Part shown: in pieces, positions 17,267 to 27,200 of the stretch
Numbering within the stretch: the first letter of the stretch is position 1
Layout: every line of letters starts with the position of its first letter
Source of the DNA: Nitrososphaerota archaeon
Lineage (GTDB): Archaea; Thermoproteota; EX4484-205; JAAOZP01
Assembly (NCBI GenBank): GCA_011605725.1
Contig: JAAOZP010000017.1
Location: forward strand, 128,001 to 192,000
Direction: 5' to 3'
Length of the DNA: 64,000 nucleotides
Notes under the pieces: model-generated
What the model was told of the DNA's origin: nothing
Seen by the model: only the letters and a program-made list of their open reading frames with translations
The model's database searches: none
Position numbers and translations under genes: made by a program

Positions 17267-17339
17267 CGATACTTTAAACGAAGAGGTTGAGGGCAGTGGA
17301 GTGATAAGTTCTTATGCTACTTGCCAGACAAATAGTTTT

Positions 17340-18134
17340 ATGACACTGGAGGTGAAGAGGCTTAGCACAGGGGTTGAGGGGCTGGACTCCCTGCTTCAAG
17401 GCGGAATACCGGAAGGGTTCTTCATCGCCGTCACCGGGGAACCAGGGTGTGGAAAAACAATACTCTCCATACATTTCATAAATAAGGGTGTTGAAGAGGG
17501 GGATAAGTGTATCTATGTCACAACCGAGGAGAGTAGGGAGTCGATAGTTAGACAGGCATCACAGTTTAAAATGGATTTCCAGAAGAGGATTGAAGAGGGC
17601 AAGATGATAATAATCGACGCCCTAATGGGTAGAGCAGACAAGTGGAGCCTGCAGAGCCTAGACATGGAGGCCCTCGTATCCAAGATAATAGAGGCTAAGA
17701 AGGAGCTTGGATACGGTAGGGCTAGGATCGTCATCGACAGTCTTTCAGCATTCTGGCTGGACAAGCCTGCAATGGCTAGGAGGTACAGCTACTATGTTAA
17801 GAAGGTTCTCTCCAAGTGGAATTTCACGATACTTGCTGTTAGCCAGTATGCGATAACCACTGCTGAGAGCTTCGGCTTCGGCGTAGAACACATAGCAGAC
17901 GGAATAATAAGGTTCAGAAGGCTTTTGAGAGGCGGAGAGTTGAAAAGATTCATCGTCATCGAGAAGATGAGGCAGACGGACCACAGCAGGTATCTGCATG
18001 AGATCGACATTAAACCAGGCGTAGGCCTGGTGGTTCTGGGTAGGGTTGAGAAAAGGGTTGAAGACTATAAGCTTCCCTCAGAAGTCATGAGGAAAATAGT
18101 TGAAGCGAGAAAAGAGGCTGAGAAAGAACTATGA
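17340..18134 (+). CDS. Archaeal single-domain KaiC/RAD55-like RecA-superfamily ATPase
   Basis: RLSTGVEGLDSLLQGGIP, Walker A GEPGCGKT, TTEES, Walker B IVIDS, EHIADGII and EKMRQT. Start taken at ATG 17340. Confidence 0.9.
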   Translation: MTLEVKRLSTGVEGLDSLLQGGIPEGFFIAVTGEPGCGKTILSIHFINKGVEEGDKCIYVTTEESRESIVRQASQFKMDFQKRIEEGKMIIIDALMGRADKWSLQSLDMEALVSKIIEAKKELGYGRARIVIDSLSAFWLDKPAMARRYSYYVKKVLSKWNFTILAVSQYAITTAESFGFGVEHIADGIIRFRRLLRGGELKRFIVIEKMRQTDHSRYLHEIDIKPGVGLVVLGRVEKRVEDYKLPSEVMRKIVEARKEAEKEL

Positions 18135-19045
18135 GCCCCAGGATTCCTCTAGAACATTATGGAAAGCCTGAAGTAAGGAGAGAACTGGCTGATTATTGTA
18201 AGGGGCGCTGGATCGCCATCCACTGTGAAAAAATTAGAGAAAACAGTATGCGCATGATGATCAGGTATGAGAAAGGAAGACCATTAACCATAGGTTCCGA
18301 TTCAGAAGTAGCATTGTTAATCGAACGCTACAAACAGTACAGGCCGAGAGCCTTCTACGCTACACCCCACATATATTCCAAGCTTGAAACCAGGGAGGAT
18401 ATTCTGGATAGGAGTAACATTGTTTATTCTTCTCCCGTGTGGGATATAGATTCTAAGGATGGAGACTGGAGGAAAGTAGTTGGTAAAGCCCTGGAAATAG
18501 TCAGCCTGCTGGATAAGCTTGGGGTAGTTAAATCCGTCTTCGTAAAGTGGAGCGGCCGGGGTGCTCACGTCCACGTCAACCCTTTCTGCTTCACTGCTGA
18601 CATCAGGAGGAAAATAGAGCCGATTGACATAGCGTATTCAGTAACCTGTTTCATCGCCAATAGGCTTGAGCCTACAGAGGGACTCGTTGTCGAGAATCGG
18701 ATAGACATCCAGAGGGTTTTCACCATACCCTTATCTCTGCACAGGATTCTAGACCGTGTAGCAGTATGCATACCTCCTGAGAAACTGGAGGAGTTTGACA
18801 TAAGCTGGACGAACCCGGAGAATTATGTCCACTTTCCCGAATCCTGGAGACGATTTTCAGAAGGAGAGGGGGATGAGCTGGCTAGAACAGCTTTCGACTC
18901 AATAGGTCCTTACGTAGCTGGTAGACACAGGAGCCGGAGGCATAAGCGGCTTGACGACGAAATACTAGAGACGATGGAGAAACTTAGCCGCAGTATTCAG
19001 GAGGATACGTCTCTAAACAGCCATTTGAAAAACCCGCGGGTTTAG
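18131..19045 (+). CDS. Archaeo-eukaryotic primase (AEP)-fold protein
   Basis: AEP motif I WDIDS, motif II KWSGRGAHVH, motif III IDIQRVFTIPLSLH. ATGA overlap with the KaiC-like gene. Confidence 0.7.
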   Translation: MSPRIPLEHYGKPEVRRELADYCKGRWIAIHCEKIRENSMRMMIRYEKGRPLTIGSDSEVALLIERYKQYRPRAFYATPHIYSKLETREDILDRSNIVYSSPVWDIDSKDGDWRKVVGKALEIVSLLDKLGVVKSVFVKWSGRGAHVHVNPFCFTADIRRKIEPIDIAYSVTCFIANRLEPTEGLVVENRIDIQRVFTIPLSLHRILDRVAVCIPPEKLEEFDISWTNPENYVHFPESWRRFSEGEGDELARTAFDSIGPYVAGRHRSRRHKRLDDEILETMEKLSRSIQEDTSLNSHLKNPRV

Positions 19046-19130
19046 GAAATAAGGTATCAGAACCGGCTAGAACTTTGAAAAGCAGAGGATAATTGATAAG
19101 CCAACAGGTTGGAAAGGAAAGAGAACATGC

Positions 19131-19454
19131 TTATTGTTTTTTAAGTTCCGTGTTCATCCATTCCAAGTAGCTTCTGTTCCCGGAAACTATTTGCATCACA
19201 ATAATCTCTGGAACCTCGTACGAATGATTTTCTCTAATAGTTTTCTCAAGTTCTTCATACAAGTCCTCTCTACTCTTGATTATGCATAACCATTCTTCTG
19301 CCTTCTCAACCCTCCCTTTCCACCAGTATAGGCTCGATACTGGACCCACTACTTGAACACATCCTGCCAGTCTCCTTTCCAACAGTATTCTTGCAATCTT
19401 CTCAGCATCCTCCCTTTTCCCTGTCGTCGTGAAAACCTGAATATACATGTCCAT
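19131..19454 (-). CDS. cutA: Divalent-cation tolerance protein CutA
   Basis: RRLAGCVQ, SLYWWKG and HSYEVPEII. Confidence 0.95.
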   Translation of the reverse strand: MDMYIQVFTTTGKREDAEKIARILLERRLAGCVQVVGPVSSLYWWKGRVEKAEEWLCIIKSREDLYEELEKTIRENHSYEVPEIIVMQIVSGNRSYLEWMNTELKKQ

Positions 19455-19514
19455 GAAGCAAGTCAGCCAGAGCCCTTTAAGAATTTTACAGTAAACAGGG
19501 TTGAAGCCTTTAAC

Positions 19515-19943
19515 TCAGACAGCCCTTAGAAGTCTCAGACCCGTCGCCACGTCTGGAACCCGGTTGAACGAGACCCCCGTAATCTCTGCCACCACTATTT
19601 CCGCAAGATAAAGTATTCGGCTTCCCGGCTCTAAGTGCCCCCCGTAAGTACCCTTACCATTGGAGACAGAGATATGCGCATGAAGCCTACCGTCAGCTAT
19701 CACGCCACTTACCGAGTTTATTTCTAAAGGACCATCCATGTCAACATACTCCTCCTCAGGCGGAAGCTTCTCGGAAGTAACCCTGTGAATGCGACAGTTT
19801 TCAAGAGTACCTATTGCAGAGAGTATGACGCCGTTTGTAACATGGTTGCTCCGGGCGCTGGTTTCAATCGTTTCTAAAAGATCCTCGCCACGGTCCCCTC
19901 TCAACACGATAATTCTCCCTAATCCTGCCTCCCAGGAGTCCAT
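19515..19943 (-). CDS. PPC/DUF296 domain protein
   Basis: GEDLLE, SAIGTL, LEINSVSG, HAHISVS and YGGHL. Confidence 0.9.
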   Translation of the reverse strand: MDSWEAGLGRIIVLRGDRGEDLLETIETSARSNHVTNGVILSAIGTLENCRIHRVTSEKLPPEEEYVDMDGPLEINSVSGVIADGRLHAHISVSNGKGTYGGHLEPGSRILYLAEIVVAEITGVSFNRVPDVATGLRLLRAV

Positions 19944-19953
19944 CTTTAACCTC

Positions 19954-20661
19954 CTAAAGCCTTATGCCAAACTTCTCTAAATAAGGCTTCTGGTTAGCAC
20001 GGTCCTCTTGAAACTGCCGCAGCGCTCTCTCCGAAACCGCTTCAACCAGCTCTCTTGGGACGACTACCACTCCGTCATCGTCACCCATCACGAAGTCCCC
20101 GGGCTCCACAGGCACGTTCCCAACAGTAACAGGTACGTTAACGTCCTCAGGCCTCAGGATAAGCCTCCCCACAGTCTCAGTGCGACCTACCCCCCTGCAG
20201 AAAACAGGAAACCTTTCCCTCCTTATTTCAGCTACATCCCTGCAACCACCATCTATCACTAGCCCAGCTATGCCCCTGTCCCTTGCGATTAAAGCGATGT
20301 AAGAACCCCAGAAGCCAACCCTAGTGTAGCCGCCGGCGTCTGCAACAAGGACATGACCAGGCTCAGCCAACCTCAGGAAGAGCTCAGCATTGTTTCTATC
20401 CCTATACCATTCAGAGGCATAGTGATCATATTCCTCAGGCGACATGCTTGGTATTGGCTCCCTTGCCTTAACCAGCCTTATCGTCAGCGCGACGCCTACC
20501 ATCTTTACGTCGTTGAAGAGAGGCCTTATCTCCTCCGACATTATTGTAGAATCATGAACATTATACCTGTCTAACGCGTCTATGACGTCCGCGGTACGCA
20601 CCTCTGCTAGACGTTTTAAAAGCTCTCTATCCTCATCGGAAACCAGACCCCTGGCTTTCAT
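19954..20661 (-). CDS. RraA family protein (HMG/CHA aldolase-like)
   Basis: TADVIDALD, VGVALT, FWGS, VIDGGCRD and VEPGDFVMGDDDGVVVVP. Confidence 0.9.
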   Translation of the reverse strand: MKARGLVSDEDRELLKRLAEVRTADVIDALDRYNVHDSTIMSEEIRPLFNDVKMVGVALTIRLVKAREPIPSMSPEEYDHYASEWYRDRNNAELFLRLAEPGHVLVADAGGYTRVGFWGSYIALIARDRGIAGLVIDGGCRDVAEIRRERFPVFCRGVGRTETVGRLILRPEDVNVPVTVGNVPVEPGDFVMGDDDGVVVVPRELVEAVSERALRQFQEDRANQKPYLEKFGIRL

Positions 20662-20769
20662 TCCAAACCGTCAAGAACCCTACTCGTGTAACCACTAATA
20701 AGTCTATCCGATTAACCTTTGAATGCTTAACCATGGAAAAGCTTATCCCATCGCCGTCAACTATGAAGC

Positions 20770-21795
20770 ATGATGCCAAGAGGCATGCTTCACTTGCCTA
20801 AGCCGGTTTCAGCCGGCATAATCCTCTCCTATAAGTGTAGCAGCACGTGTAAACACTGCATGTACGCTTGCTCCCCGAAGTGGAGGGCTGACTGGCCTAC
20901 TGAGAGAAGCATCGAGCTGATCCTTAGAAAGTTGGCTTCAAGCATTAAGCCCAGCCCAAAAGGCTGTGAAAACGTCAGCCTGAACCATGGGCTGCATTTT
21001 ACTGGAGGAGAGCCGTTTCTGAATTTTCAGCTTCTTCTGAAAGCGGTTATGATTGCGGATGAGCTTAGAATCCCGTCGATATTCGTCGAAACAAATTGCT
21101 TCTGGTGTGTTGACGATGAACAGGTTAGAGAGAAGTTTACGGCTCTAAAACAGGCCGGGTTAAAAGGGATACTGGTCAGTGTAAATCCTTTCATACTTGA
21201 GCAGGTTCCCTTCGAAAGAACTCAGAGAGCCATTAAGATAGGCAGGGAGATATTCGGAGGGAACACGATGATATACCAGGAAACGTATTACCACCGGTTT
21301 AAGAGCCTCCGTATAAGTGATACTCTAACTCTGGACCAGTATCTGGAGAGAGACGCGTGGGCACTGCGCTTCTCCGAGCTTCTTCCAATGGGGAGGGCTT
21401 GCTACAGGCTTAAACACTTTTTTGCGAAATATCCAGCTAAAGCCTTCTTCGACGAATCATGCATATCGGAGCTGACTAGAAGCTGGCATGTTCACGTTGA
21501 CAACTATTTCAACTATGTGGCAGGGTATTGTGGGGGAATATCCCTCGGGGACGCGAGAGACCTGGATGCTTTAACCAGCGGGGTAGACCTTCAGGATAAG
21601 CCCGTATTGAATTCGCTTGTCGAAAGCCTTGGGAGGCTTTACGAGTTTGCAGTCAGGGAGTTCAACTATAGGGAGAGGGAGGAGGGATATGTTTCCAAGT
21701 GCCATCTTTGCGTGGACATAAGAAGACACATAGTTGAGCAGACAGATGAGTTTAAGGAGCTTCAGCCGAGAGAACTATATTTTAATCTAGAGTAG
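20770..21795 (+). CDS. Radical SAM protein of unknown function
   Basis: CSSTCKHC (CxxxCxxC), FTGGEPF, VETN, and extra C-terminal Cys residues (YCGG, KCHLC). Confidence 0.9.
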   Translation: MMPRGMLHLPKPVSAGIILSYKCSSTCKHCMYACSPKWRADWPTERSIELILRKLASSIKPSPKGCENVSLNHGLHFTGGEPFLNFQLLLKAVMIADELRIPSIFVETNCFWCVDDEQVREKFTALKQAGLKGILVSVNPFILEQVPFERTQRAIKIGREIFGGNTMIYQETYYHRFKSLRISDTLTLDQYLERDAWALRFSELLPMGRACYRLKHFFAKYPAKAFFDESCISELTRSWHVHVDNYFNYVAGYCGGISLGDARDLDALTSGVDLQDKPVLNSLVESLGRLYEFAVREFNYREREEGYVSKCHLCVDIRRHIVEQTDEFKELQPRELYFNLE

Positions 21796-21922
21796 CGACT
21801 AGCCTATCTTAAAGTAATCATGGCGTAAAATAAAAAAGTTAATAGCGCGGCTAAAAACACTGCTGTCGTCGAAAACAACGATTAAACTTTTAAAGAGTGT
21901 TAAAGGCACATGGAATTGAAAA

Positions 21923-22138
21923 ATGGGAGGCGGAGCTATTCCTTTAGCTAAGAGAAGAAAAGGCATTACACCATACTGGAGGCGAGCGAGAGGGTTTTCA
22001 CTTGGAGAATTAAAAGAAGCCGGCCTGACCGTTGACCAGGCTAGAAAGCTTGGGCTAACTATAGATCTTAGGAGGAATTCTAAGCATGATGAGAATGTTA
22101 AGAGGCTTAGGGAGCTCCTGGGCCTTAAACCCGCGTAG
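21923..22138 (+). CDS. rpl13e: 50S ribosomal protein L13e (short archaeal form)
   Basis: RARGFSLGELKEAGL...ARKLGLTIDLRR...NVKRL. Confidence 0.9.
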   Translation: MGGGAIPLAKRRKGITPYWRRARGFSLGELKEAGLTVDQARKLGLTIDLRRNSKHDENVKRLRELLGLKPA

Positions 22139-22148
22139 CGCAAATTAT

Positions 22149-22952
22149 TCAAATTTTTCTCTCCAAGATTCTCCGCTTGCTTAAGGTGGCTATACGCTCA
22201 TAGCCAAAAGCCTTCACGTAGCTTATTAAAGAATCGTAAGCGTAGTCTATTTCTTCAACGGAATGCGCGTCAGTACCCAGCGTCAAAGGTATTTCTAGTT
22301 CACGAGCCTTCCTCATGATTCTGTGTGAGGGATATATTGAGTTAACCGGTTGTCTTAAGCCTCTTGAAGACGCTTCAATACACATTTCATGCTGTTTAAC
22401 AAGGTTTAACACTTTCTGCTCATCCATGGAACCATCGCCAGGGTTAAACCCCCATATTCTCACTATGTCGATGTGACCAATAACGTGGAAAAGACCTGTC
22501 TCTACAGCTTTACTGACGAGACGCATATACTTGGAGTAAAAAACGTTGAAACCGTTACTCCCTATCTCCCTTTCCACCAGGATTCTATGCTTAGGAGAAT
22601 CGATGCAAATCCCCCCGACAAAGTGCACGCTGCCCATTATAAAGTCGAAGTCATAACTGTCCAAAACGTTCTCTAAAAACCTCTCGTTTCCAGGAATGTA
22701 ATCAACCTCCAGCCCGAGCCTCACAGCCAGCCTGCCCCCATACTTTTCACGAGCCATCTCAGCTTCTTTAACATAGTTTTCAAGCTTAAGCCAGTCTAAA
22801 GAGTGAGCAGTCGAAGAACCGTCTGGGAAAACAGTCAAATGATCAGTGAAAGCGATTTCCTCAAAGCCTTTGCGAATCGCTGCCTCACAATAGTCAAGCA
22901 TGCTGGATGAACCATCGCTAAACATGGTGTGAATATGATAGTTGATTCTCAC
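22149..22952 (-). CDS. PHP-domain histidinol-phosphatase, HisJ family
   Basis: YHIHTMFSDG, FTDH, GLEVDY, GSVH, GHID and GTDAH. Confidence 0.88.
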   Translation of the reverse strand: MRINYHIHTMFSDGSSSMLDYCEAAIRKGFEEIAFTDHLTVFPDGSSTAHSLDWLKLENYVKEAEMAREKYGGRLAVRLGLEVDYIPGNERFLENVLDSYDFDFIMGSVHFVGGICIDSPKHRILVEREIGSNGFNVFYSKYMRLVSKAVETGLFHVIGHIDIVRIWGFNPGDGSMDEQKVLNLVKQHEMCIEASSRGLRQPVNSIYPSHRIMRKARELEIPLTLGTDAHSVEEIDYAYDSLISYVKAFGYERIATLSKRRILERKI

Positions 22953-23018
22953 AGACGGCTTAACTCTCCCCCATTTTTAAAAATTATGCTAGGATGAAGC
23001 CTGAAGACCATGTTGCTT

Positions 23019-23732
23019 TTAAAGGTAGCCTCTTTCCCTCGCCTCCTCCAGTATTGCAACCGTCGAAGACGTCCCTATCCTCGCTGCACCAAGCTGTTTA
23101 AGCCTCAGCAGGTCGTCAAGCGTACGGATTCGACCTGCCGCCTTTATCTGAATCTCCGGGATACACTCCCTACGCATCAGAATAACGTCACTATCAACAG
23201 CACCTCTATACATGTATGTTCCATCGGGTTGCTTGACGAAACCGTATCCTGTAGATGTTTTAACGAACGCTACACGGTGCTTATTGCACACGTGGCACAG
23301 CTTTACCTTGCAGTCATCCGTAAGATAGTCGTTTTCAAAAATCACTTTAACTATAGCACCTTTTTCAACAGCAGTATCGTTAACCGCTTTAATCTCCCTT
23401 GAAACATAATCCCAGTCGCCGCTTAAAACCTTCCCAATGTTTACTACGAAGTCTATTTCAGTGGCACCGTCTTCACAAGCCTTCTCAGTCTCCATCACCT
23501 TTATTTCCGTATTGCTGCTACCATGGGGAAAACCAACCACGGTGCAGACAGCCACGCTCGAGCCTGAAAGCATCTCTTTCGCAAGCCTAACTGCATAAGG
23601 CTTAATGCATACTGCAGCAACATTATATTTTTTAGCCACTAGACACCCCGCCTTAAGATCCTCGTCCGTGAGAGTAGGATGGAGAAGCGAGTGGTCAATC
23701 ATCCTCGAAATGGATTCGAGCGACTTAACCAT
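23019..23732 (-). CDS. deoC: Deoxyribose-phosphate aldolase
   Basis: IDHSLLHP, VVGFPHG, EIDFVVN, KVIFE, FVKTSTG and RIGTSS. Start taken at ATG 23732. Confidence 0.93.
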   Translation of the reverse strand: MVKSLESISRMIDHSLLHPTLTDEDLKAGCLVAKKYNVAAVCIKPYAVRLAKEMLSGSSVAVCTVVGFPHGSSNTEIKVMETEKACEDGATEIDFVVNIGKVLSGDWDYVSREIKAVNDTAVEKGAIVKVIFENDYLTDDCKVKLCHVCNKHRVAFVKTSTGYGFVKQPDGTYMYRGAVDSDVILMRRECIPEIQIKAAGRIRTLDDLLRLKQLGAARIGTSSTVAILEEARERGYL

Positions 23733-23979
23733 CGGTAACTTTAACAATATTCAAGGCACAATATAAGCATATCTTAAGACAATTCAAACTTACTATTCGC
23801 TGGTTTCTAACCGTCCCTCTTCCCCAACTCTATTCATCCGCATACGTGCTGCGGCTTGAATCTGGATTGTGGAAACTCACGTAACGTGATTACCCTGCGG
23901 GAACACGGATTGCAAGCTTGAAATGCGAGCCGGCTTTAAATAATCATTCGTATCTGGTGTTATTGGAGGTGAAGGAAAT

Positions 23980-24096
23980 ATGGTTTGGAGGAAAAGAAAC
24001 GGGGAAAAGAAGATTGACTGGGAGGAGGTTGCGAAAGATCTTCGAGCAGACATTCCCCCCAGAGACCGCCGACATGTGAGAGTCTGCTTCAAGTAG
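23980..24096 (+). CDS. Small 38-aa ORF (MVWRKRNGEKKIDWEEVAKDLRADIPPRDRRHVRVCFK) or gene remnant
   Basis: TTTAAATA box at 23935-23942, perfect GGAGGTGA RBS and a downstream T-rich tract. Below the ORF-track size cut-off. Confidence 0.45.
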   Translation: MVWRKRNGEKKIDWEEVAKDLRADIPPRDRRHVRVCFK

Positions 24097-24187
24097 ACCC
24101 AACTCTAATTCATGGTTCACTTTTTCTTATTTTAAAAATCTCCTTACTTGCATGTCTTGAAAACAAGTCTACTTTAAAAATCCTCTT

Positions 24188-24199
24188 AAAACTTATAAG
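24188..24199 (+). promoter_or_regulatory. BRE/TATA box for a probably leaderless transcript
   Basis: AAAACTTATAAG ~25 nt upstream of ATG 24223, the same element as at 12451-12462 (minus strand). Confidence 0.6.
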
Positions 24200-24222
24200 A
24201 GTGTCGGGAGACTACGCTCTAG

Positions 24223-27200
24223 ATGTTTAAACATGGACTATTGATGATTTTTTCCACCCTCTTACTCGTAACGATGACGACAGTTTGTGAGAAACCCCTC
24301 TCAGCGCAAGTTAGCTACGTTAACTACACCATTGTTTTAAACGTCGAAGTATTGTTCGACCAGCCTCCGCAAAAAACCGTTAATTTCACCATGTGGCTTG
24401 GGCAATACGGTTTTTCATGGAGCATGAATCAAACAGGCAGCTTAACTCAGAAGCGTGAAATAAGTTTAGATGCATACATAGCGCAGAATCAGCGTCTACT
24501 TCTTCCCTACAGCATCTTGTTACATACTGATTCGTGTCTCCAGCTAAACAGGCTGGCAGTTATGACTGACTACTATGGCACTGTTCAGAGCTGGAGCGTA
24601 AGGCTTCTTGACAGGAACTATACTTACTATATTGACCAGCTTAGGTGGAGCAGCACATACCGATTTGAATCCAGCGTAGATTCTATACTGGATTACCGTG
24701 TAAACAACACGGGTAGAATAATCAACATCCGCTTTACACTGAGGGCAAGCTTAGCCAAGCTTTACAAGCTTGACCTAACACCTTTTCAAAGGCTTGACAC
24801 TAGACTCCTGTTCGAAGAGCCCACGGGGACTCACATAGGTTTTTTCGAGAATGGAAGCCGCTTTCTAATAGTACGCATTAATGCAGATAACTTGAAGCTT
24901 TCGGGCAGATATTTGCTTGAGCTCCACACACTTGAATCAAGCCCGATACGGATCGTATTCCCGTTCCAAATGAACTTGAACTTGAACAGGGAAACCCTTA
25001 AAATCGGGCCAGTAATTTTCAGAGCGCTTTTCAACTCGACTGATAACCTGATTAGAGCTTCAGATGAGTTTCTGAGTGAAACGAGGATTTACGCTCCAGA
25101 CATATCTTCAAAGCTTCAACAGGCAAGATCATACTTAAACGATGTTAGACAAGTAAACCTGGAGGGACTTACGAATATTTTTCCACTTGAGGGAGCTATT
25201 AATCTGGTTTGCGAAGCCAGCAGCAGCATCGGTATGCTAGTCTTATCATCGGGGATGCTGATCGTCCCGATCGTGCTGACTATAATTCTAATAGCGGGTG
25301 CAGTTGTCTCGCACCTAATATTCAACGGAAGCAGGAAATTGACGATTATTCTCTTCATGCTCTTCTCATTGATAGCTTTCGGACTTCACCCAGGTTTAAG
25401 ACTAATACTCTTCTCAACAAAGCCGAAAGCATTGATAGACCTTTGGTCCGTTTCAAACCTCACGTATGGAATACCATTCCAACTTCTTCCACTCGCATCA
25501 ATCACCATAAGCATTATACTTTTGCTTTTGACGGCGCGACTAATGCTCAGGTATTCGGGAACAGCCACGATCCATAGCCTGGCTGCATCAACCGCGGTTA
25601 GAATGCTTAAAAGCAGGAGGCTTAGAGGCGCCCTAGTAATACTTACCGTTTCAACAATAGCGATGGCAACTGTCCCAGCCATAACTCTGAAAACGGTCGT
25701 GCCACTCGTAACCTCGTTTCAAGAAGCCCGGGACGGGGAAGGAAAGATTTTTTTCTCAAAAACTTGGCTGGCGAGAGTAGTGGAATCAACTCCTGCAGGC
25801 ACTTTTGAGGAAAAGTATAACGGGCTGTTTTTAATGAGTCTTGAGGAGGCTGCTTTCTACGCGGGGAAACTTGGGATGTTGGAATACACGCCGATATGCA
25901 TAGCTTTCTGCAAACTCGGGCCTTTGCAAACAGGATCTTCCTCAAGCAGGTTAAACCTTACCGGGCCGGGTGGAATAAACATCACTATTCCAGTGGAGTC
26001 GGACAACCAAGAGCTAGGAGGCTTAATAATATTTGTGAACCTCACCTTCATGAGAAATCATCTGGGATTAAACTTTTCAGGAGATTTTAAAAACGGCATT
26101 CTAGTTGACAAGGAGTATTTGAAGAAACAGTTTTTCCCAAGCCAGTTAAACGTGATGGGTTTAAATCTGAATGTCACAGGAGTATTCGACAAATCTACTC
26201 TAAAAATGCCGGATGGAGAAGGATTGGAGAACTATCTTAGAGGCAGACCACTCTTCGTAGGGACCATTAGCTGGGATGCTGTGCAAACGCCGATTAAATT
26301 GTCAAACGATAATTTTTTAACTGAGGGCAACAGGATGCTCATCATATCAAGCCCGGTGATTGGGCTGGTTGATATTGGGACTGTGAAGAACCTTCCCGTT
26401 TTTAAAAGAGTCGTAGCCTTTATAGGAACCTATCCTGATGCCAGGCTTTTTGAAATAGAGAACTATTTGAAGACTCTAGTCTCGTCTCATAAGATTTGGC
26501 TCAGCCGTGCCATAACCACTGGCGGATCAGGAATCTCTATTGACTTTGTCTCCTCTTACTCGGCAATCATTAGTAAAGGCTCGCAGCTTGAAACCATTCA
26601 GCTCGGAACCCCGCTTGTAATGGCTCTAGGCAGTTGGGAATCCATTCTCATGATGATACTCATAGGCTCCCTCATCATTCTAAACGCGATGTTAAATTCA
26701 ATATACGAACGGAGAAAGGAATCAGTAATAATGTCCAGCCTAGGGGCATCCCCAAGCTTCATAACCTATCTGTTTTTAACGGAAGGATTGATAATAGGGG
26801 TAATGGGAGGCTGCTTGGGATATGTTGCCGGCTATGTCTGGGCATATTCAATAGGTGCTAGCAGTCCTGAAATATTTACTGAGCTGTATAGTCTAACCCC
26901 CCTGCTGCTGGTTTTCGTAATTGCAATCCTGGTTACGGGCATTGGTTCAGCCTTTCCTGCGAAGGAGGCAATTCTCAAAATAGTCCCGAGTAAAATCATG
27001 CTTGTCAGGGGGGAAATCGCCATCAAAACCGAGAGGGATGGTTCTAAAAGAGCATCTACACCTATCCGGCTAAAAAGGGATCATTTGGAACAATTCTCCT
27101 CACACGTAATAAACATGGCGCAGTCCCATTCCTACTCTCTCTACGGTATTATAATCCACTCCTATGAGAAGGAGGAGGACGGAGTGAGGCTGAAACTAAG

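Noticed and set aside
17340-18134. Circadian clock KaiC
   Set aside because: Single domain with no kaiA/kaiB nearby; it fits the generic archaeal KaiC-like ATPases.
21799-22152. 117-aa minus-strand ORF and the many other short antisense ORFs in the track
   Set aside because: They are shadows of well-supported genes on the opposite strand (here rpl13e) and have no motifs.
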